Shown: positions 41,539 through 50,544 of the stretch, piece by piece
Position numbering within the stretch: the first letter of the stretch is position 1
Layout: the number at the start of each line of letters is the position of its first letter
NCBI GenBank assembly: GCA_964537875.1
Contig: CAZIDN010000010.1
Span: 3,417 to 67,416 of the forward strand
Length of the DNA stretch: 64,000 nucleotides
Reading direction: 5' to 3'
DNA from: an uncultured Eubacteriales bacterium
GTDB lineage: Bacteria; Acidobacteriota; Aminicenantia; Aminicenantales; UBA4085
The notes under the pieces: model-generated
The model's input: the letters and a program-made list of their open reading frames with translations, nothing else
Databases searched by the model: none
Told to the model about the DNA's origin: nothing
Made by a program: the position numbers and the translations under genes

Positions 41539-42669
41539 TCACCCCTCTTTCAGGCGGACAAGGGCTACGGTGCAGTCCTCAGCCACCCTGTTTTTATACG
41601 TACAATTTTTGCAGAGGTAGAAATCGTTATTTCCTTTATTGAACTTTTTGCGAAATTCCCCAGCCTGGGTCCCTTTCCAGATGGAAAGGGCCGATTTTCC
41701 ACTCATCAGGCCTCCAAAAGAATGGACGTTTTTGTAATCATACTCACAGGGTATGATCTCTCCGAGCGCGTCGATGGTAATCCTCTTCCACGGCCGCATG
41801 CAGGTGAAAGGCTTCTTTTTGCGCTTGAAGCTTTCTTGCTCATATTCATAACGTTGATAGGTTCGGTTCCCGGGCGCAAAATAGCTGTCCAGGTTTTTGC
41901 CTAAAGCCGACGGCATATCCACGGTTTTGATGGCAAAAAAATCCACCTCGAGCTCCTCGGCCAGCCGATGGGCCAAGGGCAACTCCTTCTCATTGTGCTG
42001 CATGACGACAAACCTGAGGGTCAGGCGCGGGATTCTAGAACCTTTCCTTTTTTTTGTCCTGACAACGGTCTTGACGTTTTCCAGCACGTTCTCGAGGTTC
42101 CCGCCTTTTCGGTATTGGCCATAGGTTTCCTGCGTCGTTCCATCAATGCCGAACACCAGGCTGTCAAGACCGGTATCGACGAGCTGACCTGCCGTTGCCT
42201 CGTCGAATTTCACATGGCCGTTGGTGCTGGAATGGACCACGATATTTTTGGATTTGGCATAGGAGATCATTTTGAACAGATCCGGATTCAGGAAGGGCTC
42301 GCCCCAATTCCAGAGCACGATCAAGAGCAGGTAATCGCCCACATCATCGATGAAATCCTTGAATCTGTCAAAAGAGAGCAGGCCGGCGGGCCGCGCCGCC
42401 GTCTCCGACGTCGTCAAGCACAGGGGGCAAGAAAGGTTACAGAAATTCGCCGGCTCGACCTGGGCGATGACCGGGTACCCCAGAGGCCTTGGCGGCAGAA
42501 AAAATTGGTTGAGTCCGGCCAGAAAAAAGTTCCGGATTTTTTTCGGACCGAGACCTTTGACCTCGAAGGGAATCCGCTCGAACTCGAATTTCAACCGGCG
42601 CCGGACGAGGATGTTGGGCAGCTCCGGAAGGATGTCCTTGAATTTGAATATCTTCATCTCATTGGCCAC
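41539..42669 (-). CDS. radical SAM enzyme with C-terminal SPASM-type Cys-rich domain
   Basis: The CxxxCxxC cluster is present (ANFCNLSCPLCLT), as are WNWGEPFLNP and a C-terminal Cys cluster (CEYD...CKNCTYKNRVAEDC). Confidence 0.8.
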   Translation of the reverse strand: MANEMKIFKFKDILPELPNILVRRRLKFEFERIPFEVKGLGPKKIRNFFLAGLNQFFLPPRPLGYPVIAQVEPANFCNLSCPLCLTTSETAARPAGLLSFDRFKDFIDDVGDYLLLIVLWNWGEPFLNPDLFKMISYAKSKNIVVHSSTNGHVKFDEATAGQLVDTGLDSLVFGIDGTTQETYGQYRKGGNLENVLENVKTVVRTKKRKGSRIPRLTLRFVVMQHNEKELPLAHRLAEELEVDFFAIKTVDMPSALGKNLDSYFAPGNRTYQRYEYEQESFKRKKKPFTCMRPWKRITIDALGEIIPCEYDYKNVHSFGGLMSGKSALSIWKGTQAGEFRKKFNKGNNDFYLCKNCTYKNRVAEDCTVALVRLKEG

Positions 42670-43597
42670 TTGAATCGCCGGAGCCGAGCCAGCGGCTGAG
42701 ATCTCTGTGGATCAGATCCTGAAGTTTCAAGATATCTTCCCGGTAGATGTTTTCCAGATATTTTCTTGTTTCGGCTTTCATCTCGGCCTTGGCATAGGAT
42801 TTGGCTTTCAGCCGATCCCGCCATTTTATCCATCTGTCTTCGCTCAAAATGAGCTTGCCGACGCCCCTGGCCAGGTTTCGCAGTCGAGTCGGCTTTTCAA
42901 AGAGGCGGTTGATCATTTGAGATTTGGGAATACCGGATGTTTTATATCTCATGCTTGCGTCCGGGACATGAGATGAATCGACGCCTAAAAACCTGTAGAG
43001 ATCCTGGACGAGTGAGCCCGGGTCTTTTTTCAAGTCGTCAAAAAGGCAGATCTTCACCTCGCCAAAATTTTCCATATAAGCTTTGACTCGTCGAAAGTAG
43101 AATCCGGTATCCTGATAAAACCAGATCTGTCTCCAGCCATCGCGCCTTCTTTTTTCTTCTTGCTCCAAGCCCTCCTCGAAGGATAAAAACTCCCTGTTTT
43201 CGCTGATGAGAAACGTATAAGCCGAGAATGCTCTTTCCTCCGGGTTTCTGAGCGAGATGATGATCTTGGGATTCCCCAGATACTGCTGGATGGTGGGAAT
43301 GGCCTTCTCAGAATGATATAGGTTTTCCGTGCTGGCTTCGCCAATGGCCTTATTCTTCCCCGCCTTTTCGAAGAGCCGGCAATAATCATCAAAATTTTTA
43401 TAGTATTTTTTTTTGTCGTCTCCGATGCCCTTTTCCGGAACCGGACTAAATTGGGCAAGGAAGAAGCTGGGCTCCTTGATCCTGCTCATGAAGACATCCG
43501 GGTGCTCTTTCAAGTAATGGTAAAGGGAGGTTGTGCCGCACCGGCTCGCTCCGACGATCAGGAAATTCGGCAACCTTATGTTCCTGCGTTTTTCCAT
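42659..43597 (-). CDS. PAPS-dependent sulfotransferase family protein
   Basis: 5'-PSB motif FLIVGASRCGTTSL and 3'-PB motif ISLRNPEERAFS. Overlaps the radical SAM gene by 11 nt. Confidence 0.85.
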   Translation of the reverse strand: MEKRRNIRLPNFLIVGASRCGTTSLYHYLKEHPDVFMSRIKEPSFFLAQFSPVPEKGIGDDKKKYYKNFDDYCRLFEKAGKNKAIGEASTENLYHSEKAIPTIQQYLGNPKIIISLRNPEERAFSAYTFLISENREFLSFEEGLEQEEKRRRDGWRQIWFYQDTGFYFRRVKAYMENFGEVKICLFDDLKKDPGSLVQDLYRFLGVDSSHVPDASMRYKTSGIPKSQMINRLFEKPTRLRNLARGVGKLILSEDRWIKWRDRLKAKSYAKAEMKAETRKYLENIYREDILKLQDLIHRDLSRWLGSGDSSGQ

Positions 43598-43728
43598 GAA
43601 TGGGCCCGCTTTTTCAAGCTCAAAGCGAGGATGTTTTTTTTCGGCTCAGCCAAGGCGAATTCTAAAATTGTTGCGTCTTTTTCAGACGGCGTCCCGCCTC
43701 GTTTTTTTATCACAGGGACAGATGGATG

Positions 43729-45285
43729 TCAATTCCAGCGCTCTACCCAAAATCGCCAATAGAAACGCCCGACGGGTCCTGTCGGACACTCTTGGGCTCT
43801 ATAAATGAAATCGTCGATCGTCACAGTCCCCTTGCCCTTGACCAAAATCCCGACCTTCAGGCTGGAGAACCCGCCCAGCATGTTCTGGTGATATCCGGAG
43901 ACCTCCAAGGAATTCGGACAGGGCGCCCATGCTTTCCCGTCCTGGGAGTAAAAGAATTGGAGGTCGAACGCGACCATGCGGATCTTCAAGTATTTGACGT
44001 CCGGGACCTTGAGCCTGGGACCGAATGGGGAGACGCCCTTGGCATAGCCAAAAACCGCTCCATCCTTCGTGCCGACCCCGGCGAATATTTTGTTGTTGTA
44101 GTAAGCGACGAGGCCGGCTTCGACGTCGCCTTCCAGCCTCAGCTTGACGGATGCCTCATAGGAATGATCGCCGACCGTGCTGTGAAGAACACGGTAATCG
44201 TCGGGGGATGCCGTCCATTTCAACTCGCCATCTTTCAAGGCATGGCTCTCAAACGCGCCGGGGCCGGAGAACTGCCACTGGAGCTTGAGCGCCGGCCCGG
44301 AGAAATCATCGGACTCGACCGTAATGTTCTTGAATTTGCTGACAGAGCCCTCCGTCTTTGGATCGCGGACGGTTTTGAACCAACCATCTTTCGTCCATTC
44401 GATGGGCTCGATCAAAGTGTTCCGGCCCAACGGGGCATAGCCATTCTCGTAGCCATGATAGACGATATGCCATCGCCCGGCCGCATCCGCGAAGATCGTC
44501 CCATGGCCCTTGGACCAATATCTCTCCGCCCGGCTCCAGGTGTGAACAACAGGGTTAAAAGGGCTGTTCTCCCACGGCCCGAGCGGATTCTTTGAGCGCG
44601 CGGAGACGACCATGTGGCTGGTCGAAGGCCCGGCCGTTCCGCCCTGGGCCGTGGTCAGATAATAATATCCATCTTTATACATCAGCTTGGGAGACTCGGA
44701 ATAGAAACCTTCGACGACCCAGTCCTCGGGATATGTCCAGCCGTCGTAGACACGCGTTGGCTCGCCAATTAACGAAAGGCCGTCCGGGGCAAGCCCGACG
44801 ACACGGCCGCTGTCGACATACAAAAATCTCTTTCCATCCGGCGTCGCGATGTGTCCCGGATCGATTCCCCGCAGATGAAGATCGACCGGCTCGCTCCACG
44901 GCCCTTCGGGCCTGTCGGCCGTCACAACCCAATTCGTGCGCGCCGCGGGGAAATAAATGTAGAACTTGTCCTTGTAGTGGACAAAATCCGGCGCCCAGAC
45001 ATCGCCGACAAATTTATGCAGGGCATGGCAGACCCGATCCCAGCGCTTTAAATCTTTCGAGTGCCAGATGAGAAGCCCCGGCATGTATGTATAGGAGGAA
45101 TGCGTCATGTAAAAATCGCCGCCGACGCGAACGATCGTCGGATCGGCGTAATCGCCGGTTAACACCGCATGGATGAAAGGGCTTCCGGCCGAGGGTTTTT
45201 GAGCGGCTTTGCCCGAAAGAAGCGCAAAGCTGAGAAGGACACAAAAACCTGCCAAGAAAATTATCTGAAATTTGCTTTTTCGCAT
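43729..45285 (-). CDS. secreted glycoside hydrolase family 43 (beta-xylosidase/alpha-L-arabinofuranosidase-like) with C-terminal beta-sandwich domain
   Basis: Start placed at the internal ATG at 45285 (signal peptide MRKSKFQIIFLAGFCVLLSFALLSG). GH43 signatures GDYADPTIVRVGGDFYMT and DVWAPDF are present. Confidence 0.85.
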   Translation of the reverse strand: MRKSKFQIIFLAGFCVLLSFALLSGKAAQKPSAGSPFIHAVLTGDYADPTIVRVGGDFYMTHSSYTYMPGLLIWHSKDLKRWDRVCHALHKFVGDVWAPDFVHYKDKFYIYFPAARTNWVVTADRPEGPWSEPVDLHLRGIDPGHIATPDGKRFLYVDSGRVVGLAPDGLSLIGEPTRVYDGWTYPEDWVVEGFYSESPKLMYKDGYYYLTTAQGGTAGPSTSHMVVSARSKNPLGPWENSPFNPVVHTWSRAERYWSKGHGTIFADAAGRWHIVYHGYENGYAPLGRNTLIEPIEWTKDGWFKTVRDPKTEGSVSKFKNITVESDDFSGPALKLQWQFSGPGAFESHALKDGELKWTASPDDYRVLHSTVGDHSYEASVKLRLEGDVEAGLVAYYNNKIFAGVGTKDGAVFGYAKGVSPFGPRLKVPDVKYLKIRMVAFDLQFFYSQDGKAWAPCPNSLEVSGYHQNMLGGFSSLKVGILVKGKGTVTIDDFIYRAQECPTGPVGRFYWRFWVERWN

Positions 45286-45523
45286 GGCGCCGCCTTTCTC
45301 CCCTCCCGCCGCTGAAATGGCCTCTCGTTCCCGAAAAATCATATCGTCCTGGGCTTGGGCCTGTCAAGTCTCTGAGCTCGTTCAGTCTCCGAGCGGGGTG
45401 CAATGTCGCTTGACATCTTTAGAGGCGGACGATATATTCTTTTAATACTGCTGAAACTAGAAAGTCATTGATGTCTTTAAGCAATATCATATTTTTAAAT
45501 CTTTCATAAATAAGGAGTTAAAC

Positions 45524-46639
45524 ATGACAAAACCCGCTCTCAAACCCAAAAACGCCTGTTATTCCTCCGGCCCCTGCGCCAAGCATCCCGGCTTCAGCCT
45601 GGATGAATTGAAAGATGCGCCGCTCGGCCGGTCCCACCGCAGCAGTCTGGGCAAGGGCAAGCTGCAGGAAGCGATCGACAGGACAAAAAAAATGCTCGGG
45701 CTTCCCCCGGGCTATATCTGCGGCATCACCCCCGGCTCAGATACGGGGGCTTTCGAGATGGCCATGTGGTCCCTCCTGGGACCGCTGGGTGTGGACGTGC
45801 TGGTCTGGGAATCTTTCAGCCAGGGCTGGGCGACCGACATCCAAAAGCAGCTCAAGCTCCCCAATGTCCGAGTGTTCAAGGCGGACTATGGAAAGATGCC
45901 CGACGTCTCCCAGGTCAACTTCAACAACGATGTGGTCTTTGCCTGGAACGGAACAACGAGCGGCGTCAAAGTCCCGAACGGCGACTGGATCCCCGATGAC
46001 AGGAAAGGGCTGACCCTGTGTGATGCCACCTCGGCCGTTTTTGCCCAGGATGTTCCCGTTCATAAGCTCGATGTGATCACCTTCTCCTGGCAGAAAGTCC
46101 TGGGTGGAGAGGCGGCCCACGGCATGCTCATCCTTTCGCCCCGTGCCCTCGCCCGCCTGGAGAGCTACACGCCGCCCTGGCCCATGCCCAAAGTCTTCCG
46201 CCTGACCAAGGGCGGAAAAATCCTGATGGAGGTTTTCGAGGGCTCGCCGATCAACACCCCCTCCATGCTGGCCAATGAGGATTATCTGGCCGCCCTGAAG
46301 TGGGCTGAGTCGGTCGGCGGGCTTCCAGGGCTCATCCGGCGCAGCAACGCCAATCTCGCCGTCTTTGAGGATTTCGTCCAGAAGCATGACTGGATTGCTT
46401 TTTTAGCCGAGAACAAAGACATCCGTTCCAACACCTCCGTCTGCTTCAAGGTCAGTCTCCCCGAGGATAAGGTCAAGGAAATGGTCAAGCTCCTGGCCAA
46501 AGAAGGTGTGGCCTACGACTGCGCTTCCTACCGCGAGGCTCCCCCAGGCTTAAGGTTCTGGTGCGGCGCCACCGTGGAGAAGTCCGACCTGCAGATCCTG
46601 ACCCAGTGGCTGGAATGGGCCTATGAGCAGGTGAAATAA
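45524..46639 (+). CDS. serC: phosphoserine aminotransferase (short archaeal/actinobacterial-type SerC)
   Basis: A 371-aa PLP-dependent class V aminotransferase, with [22 protein letters not shown] covering the Lys region. Confidence 0.8.
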   Translation: MTKPALKPKNACYSSGPCAKHPGFSLDELKDAPLGRSHRSSLGKGKLQEAIDRTKKMLGLPPGYICGITPGSDTGAFEMAMWSLLGPLGVDVLVWESFSQGWATDIQKQLKLPNVRVFKADYGKMPDVSQVNFNNDVVFAWNGTTSGVKVPNGDWIPDDRKGLTLCDATSAVFAQDVPVHKLDVITFSWQKVLGGEAAHGMLILSPRALARLESYTPPWPMPKVFRLTKGGKILMEVFEGSPINTPSMLANEDYLAALKWAESVGGLPGLIRRSNANLAVFEDFVQKHDWIAFLAENKDIRSNTSVCFKVSLPEDKVKEMVKLLAKEGVAYDCASYREAPPGLRFWCGATVEKSDLQILTQWLEWAYEQVK

Positions 46640-46653
46640 AAGACGCCTGCTCT

Positions 46654-47271
46654 TCAGAAAAGAAACGTATAAGAATATTTGATCATGACGGCCCGGCCGC
46701 TGTAGTAAGGCCGATAGGGAATATCGCGACCCCGATTAGTGTTGAGTCCTTCATTGAAGACCAGGCCTTTCCTGATGCGCCTCTCCCAGCCGATTCTGAA
46801 GCGGGCCGGATCGAGAGAACCAGGGTTGTTATCTTTGCCCGTTTCAAAAGACTGGGCCCAGTTCAAGAGGAGATAATCGTCTCCCTGAACCCGGAATGTT
46901 CCGTCCAAGCCGTAGACAGTATTGTAGGAGCCGTCCGCGCCGAGCCGGGTGGTGATCATTCCGCCGACGTAGGAGTAGGGGTTGAAAACCCTCCGCCGGG
47001 CCCGGAATACGCCGAAATTCTCCGAGGGCAGGCTTTCCTCATGAAGAGGCGCGGTCTGCATATCCAGAAAGCCCAGGTCCCAGGGGCCGAGCGGATTTCC
47101 ATAATTGGGCAGAAACATGACCAAGGGCAGGGGCCTGATATCTTTCCAGCCGTCTTCGCGGCTTAGGCCGTCGAGGGTGACGGAGCCCGAAATTCTCTGG
47201 ATGACAACAGGCTCTTTGGCCTGAGGATAGGATGCTGTTTCCCCGGATAACCTTTTATCGGCTGTCAACAA
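46654..47271 (-). pseudogene. probable C-terminal remnant of an outer-membrane beta-barrel protein
   Basis: TTG start with no signal peptide. It ends in alternating-hydrophobic beta-strands (AVMIKYSYTFLF) with a terminal Phe, as in OMP barrels. About 190 bp of non-coding DNA lies upstream. Confidence 0.3.
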
Positions 47272-47460
47272 AAACGCGGCAAGTCAAAAGATAGCTCCTC
47301 TTCTAGATTTCAAGTTTGGCCTTTTCATGGATCGTCGTTTCTTGTTCGCTCCGCGCTATGGACCTGCCTGCCTCGCGGCCATCCTGCCGATTGACTGGGA
47401 ACCGTAGCCTCGTCTGAGCAGCGATGTCAAGAAAGGCTCGTCTATCACCCGTCCATCGGA

Positions 47461-48984
47461 TTGACAAAACCGGTCCGGACGAGAAGAATGAAGGCGAGGC
47501 GGAACATGAAATCGTTTTATAAGTTTTTGGCATTCGTGGTGATTCTTGCTCTGGGGACGGCCAGTTCCGATTCATCCTCCAAGGCGAAAATGTTCTTGGT
47601 GGTCAATTTCGATGTCGAAGATTACATCACCCCCGAGTCCAAAAGAATCGATGATATTCCCAAATGGCTTGCCGAAATCATGTCGGAAGAAGGCGTTACC
47701 GGGACATTCTTTGTCATCGGCGAGAAAGCCCGGTCCTTGGAGAAGCGGGGGCGCCGCGATGTCATCGCGGCCATGGCCAAGCACGACATCGGCAGTCATA
47801 CGAACTTTGGGTCTATTCATCCCACCGTAACGGAACAACTCGAGAAGGCAAATTGGGAAAATGGGGTGCGTCAGATGTTCGACCAGGAATCTGCCGGCAT
47901 CAGGGAACTGGAGCGCATTTTCGGCAGGCCCGTGACAACTCTGGCCCGACACGGCGGTTCCTACGGGCCGCAATTGATTGACGCCCTGGGCAAAATGAAT
48001 ATCGGATATGCCGGCTCGCCGGTCTTCCTTCCCGGAAGGAGCGTCGTCTGGTTCTGCAATGGCTTGAATTTCTACGGCCAATATGATGGATTCGATAACG
48101 CCTATTATCGGGACGATCTGTTTGAGCCGCTCTTCGACAAACTGAAGACGGAATTGCCCAAATTGGCCCAGACCGTCGAAGTCCTTCCCTTCTTTGCCGG
48201 CCACCCGACGAAAATACGCGCCGAACAGTTTTGGGATCTCAATTATTACGACGGCAAGAATCCCGGCCCCGGCGAATGGAAAACGCCCGAGCTGCGCCCC
48301 TTGGCGAGCATGAAGACGGCCCAAAAGAATTTCCGGAGAATGATGCGGTATCTAAAAAACCAGGAGGGTATCGAAGTCACCACATTTCGTTCTTTGATGG
48401 ACCTCTATTCTTACCAAAAAGAATTTTTAACGGGGGCAGAGCTGCTCGAAATCGCCAGAGAAACCTTCGAGAAAAAGATGATCGTTATGAGTGAGTATTT
48501 TTCTCCAGCCGAGGCCTTTGCCGGTTTCGCAAAATCGATCGGTGAATATCAAGCCAATGGATCGCTTCCCCAAAACCTAAAAACGATTCGACCTTATGGC
48601 CCCCCGGAGATGCCGGTTTCCCAGCCGGAAATTTCTCAAGTCACTTTCAAGGATGTGCATGAACTGGCGCGGAAAGCGGATGAGTATATCCGGCAGGTCG
48701 GCTCCTTGCCTTCGTTTTTGACGGTCGGAAATACGCGAATTGGAACCGGTTCGCTATTCGCTCTTTTCAGCGCCGTCTATCTGGACATGAACTCAAAAAA
48801 CCTGAAATCTAATTATGAAGTCCCCTCTTTTGATCCCTATCCCAAAACAAACGAAAATGAGATCATCAGGCAGATCAAAAGCTATAAATCTTGGCCGGTT
48901 CATCGCCGAAACCTCGATATGAACAACCTCGTTGAAATGACCAAGATGCAGCTCTGGACGCTCAAACCGGCGCATAAAAAATAG
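47461..48984 (+). CDS. secreted polysaccharide deacetylase-like (NodB/CE4-like) protein
   Basis: Signal peptide around MKSFYKFLAFVVILALGTASS; alternative starts at 47488 and 47506. CE4-like motifs NFDVEDY and GSHTNFGSIH. Confidence 0.5.
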   Translation: MTKPVRTRRMKARRNMKSFYKFLAFVVILALGTASSDSSSKAKMFLVVNFDVEDYITPESKRIDDIPKWLAEIMSEEGVTGTFFVIGEKARSLEKRGRRDVIAAMAKHDIGSHTNFGSIHPTVTEQLEKANWENGVRQMFDQESAGIRELERIFGRPVTTLARHGGSYGPQLIDALGKMNIGYAGSPVFLPGRSVVWFCNGLNFYGQYDGFDNAYYRDDLFEPLFDKLKTELPKLAQTVEVLPFFAGHPTKIRAEQFWDLNYYDGKNPGPGEWKTPELRPLASMKTAQKNFRRMMRYLKNQEGIEVTTFRSLMDLYSYQKEFLTGAELLEIARETFEKKMIVMSEYFSPAEAFAGFAKSIGEYQANGSLPQNLKTIRPYGPPEMPVSQPEISQVTFKDVHELARKADEYIRQVGSLPSFLTVGNTRIGTGSLFALFSAVYLDMNSKNLKSNYEVPSFDPYPKTNENEIIRQIKSYKSWPVHRRNLDMNNLVEMTKMQLWTLKPAHKK

Positions 48985-49019
48985 CAAAACCATCCCAAAG
49001 GCCTCAACGGCGACAAGCG

Positions 49020-49190
49020 CTATGATATGGACGATAAAACGTGTTCAGGGAAGAGCTCGACCTCCGGCTGGCCCGTGGCCTGGGAGATCAGCTTGTCGCC
49101 CCGCCTCAGGATCGTGATCGTGAAGCCCGGCGTGAGTTCGTAATCGCCCGCATAGCGGTCGAAGATTTTCGGGTCGACGGCAACCTCTTT
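49020..49190 (-). pseudogene. remnant of beta-lactamase-family serine hydrolase C-terminal DUF3471-like domain
   Basis: The minus-strand segment reads DRYAGDYELTPGFTITILRRGDKLISQATGQPEVELFPE, which matches the conserved C-terminal domain of beta-lactamase-family proteins. There is no upstream catalytic domain. Confidence 0.3.
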
Positions 49191-49191
49191 C

Positions 49192-49473
49192 TTGGGAGAG
49201 GGGAACGGCCTGGCAGCTATTGAGTTCAGGAAGAAAATCACGGCCGCGAGACGGCAGGCGGACCTCGACCTCGCTTCCCTCATGGATAAATACGAATTGA
49301 GCCAGCGGGAGCGGGAAATCCTTGCCCTCTTGATGCGGGGATGGAAAAACAAAGTGATCGCTAAGGAGCTTTTCATCTCCGAGAACACCGTCAAGGTCCA
49401 CGTCTACAACGTCTACAAGAAACTGGGCGTCAACAACCGTCTGGCGATCCTCGAGCTGCTGAAAAACCGATAG
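49192..49473 (+). CDS. LuxR/GerE-type HTH transcriptional regulator (solo 93 aa, possibly a truncated response-regulator C-terminus)
   Basis: TTG start. The HTH segment LSQREREILALLMRGWKNKVIAKELFISENTVKVHVYNVYKKLGVNNRLAI is canonical. Confidence 0.75.
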   Translation: MGEGNGLAAIEFRKKITAARRQADLDLASLMDKYELSQREREILALLMRGWKNKVIAKELFISENTVKVHVYNVYKKLGVNNRLAILELLKNR

Positions 49474-49739
49474 CATTGCTCCGGGCACGTCGGCTCCCAT
49501 AAAGGCGACTTCACCGCCTCGCGACGGAAGCAGCTTCTCGGCGACAAACTTCAGTTTCAGCTTTGAAATTCCGAGCGATTTCTTTTAAGCTTTAGAATAG
49601 AGTGTCGAGTCAGGGAGAGATGCGATCGTGTCCTCTGAGTTCAGGGCCGGAAGAAACGAGAGGAGGGATAAAAAGGAATCTTTTCTCTAATCTGTTTAAG
49701 CCTTACATATATTATTCTGTTAATTGAGGAGGTCACTAA

Positions 49740-50501
49740 ATGAAAAAAATACGTCCAATCGCCATTCTCATTTTTTTGGTGGGATCCATACTCAGCGTGC
49801 GCGGTATGGCTCAGGTGGGAAGCGCTGAAAAAGCCGGACAGGACGCCGAGACGAAAATCGTTCCATTGCCGAATCCGCGCTACGATAGTGAGACGTCCGT
49901 TGAGAAAGCCATGAACATGAGACGGTCGACAAGGACTTTTCCCCAGGAATCTCTCTCCCTGTCCGATATTTCTCAGATTCTCTGGGCGGCCCAAGGCATC
50001 ACATTCAAGACGGAGAAACTTCCGACTCGATGGAATCCGAAATACGAATGGCAGGGCGGATATCGGACGGCTCCGTCGGCCGGGGCCCTCTACCCTATGG
50101 AGCTTTATTTAGTCGCGGCAAACATCAAGGGCCTGCCTCCGGGAGTCTATAAGTATATCCCGAAGAATCATTCTTTGAGGAACGTTTTTGCCGGCGACAA
50201 AAGGACGGCGATTTATAGCGCCGCTCTCAAGCAGAATGCGATCCAAGAGGCGGCCGCCCTCATCGTCATGGCCGCGGTCTACGAGCGGACGTCGTTCAAA
50301 TATGGAGCGAGAGCGGAAAGGTATGTCCACATGGAAGTGGGATTCATCGGCGAAAATATCTGCTTGCAAGGAGCGGCCCTTGGTATCGGCACGGTCATGA
50401 TCGGTGCGTTTCAGGATGAGGAACTGAAAAAGGTTCTCGACCTGCCCCAGGCCGAAAGTCCGCTGGCCATTATGCCCTTGGGAAAAATCCGGAAAGAGTG
50501 A
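49740..50501 (+). CDS. SagB-type dehydrogenase / nitroreductase-family protein with N-terminal signal or anchor
   Basis: Has RRSTRTF, TAPSAGALYPMELYL and VHMEVGFIGENICLQ, as in the SagB/ThcOx family. An N-terminal hydrophobic segment is present. Confidence 0.75.
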   Translation: MKKIRPIAILIFLVGSILSVRGMAQVGSAEKAGQDAETKIVPLPNPRYDSETSVEKAMNMRRSTRTFPQESLSLSDISQILWAAQGITFKTEKLPTRWNPKYEWQGGYRTAPSAGALYPMELYLVAANIKGLPPGVYKYIPKNHSLRNVFAGDKRTAIYSAALKQNAIQEAAALIVMAAVYERTSFKYGARAERYVHMEVGFIGENICLQGAALGIGTVMIGAFQDEELKKVLDLPQAESPLAIMPLGKIRKE

Positions 50502-50544
50502 TCGTGAAAATCGGCATCCGGGCCGCTAATCAGAAGCCGGGCGC

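Noticed and set aside
43598-43728. Possible small-peptide or regulatory element between the GH43 gene and the sulfotransferase operon
   Set aside because: The region contains only weak 4-5-bp stems and T-runs. I found no convincing ORF, terminator or repeat.
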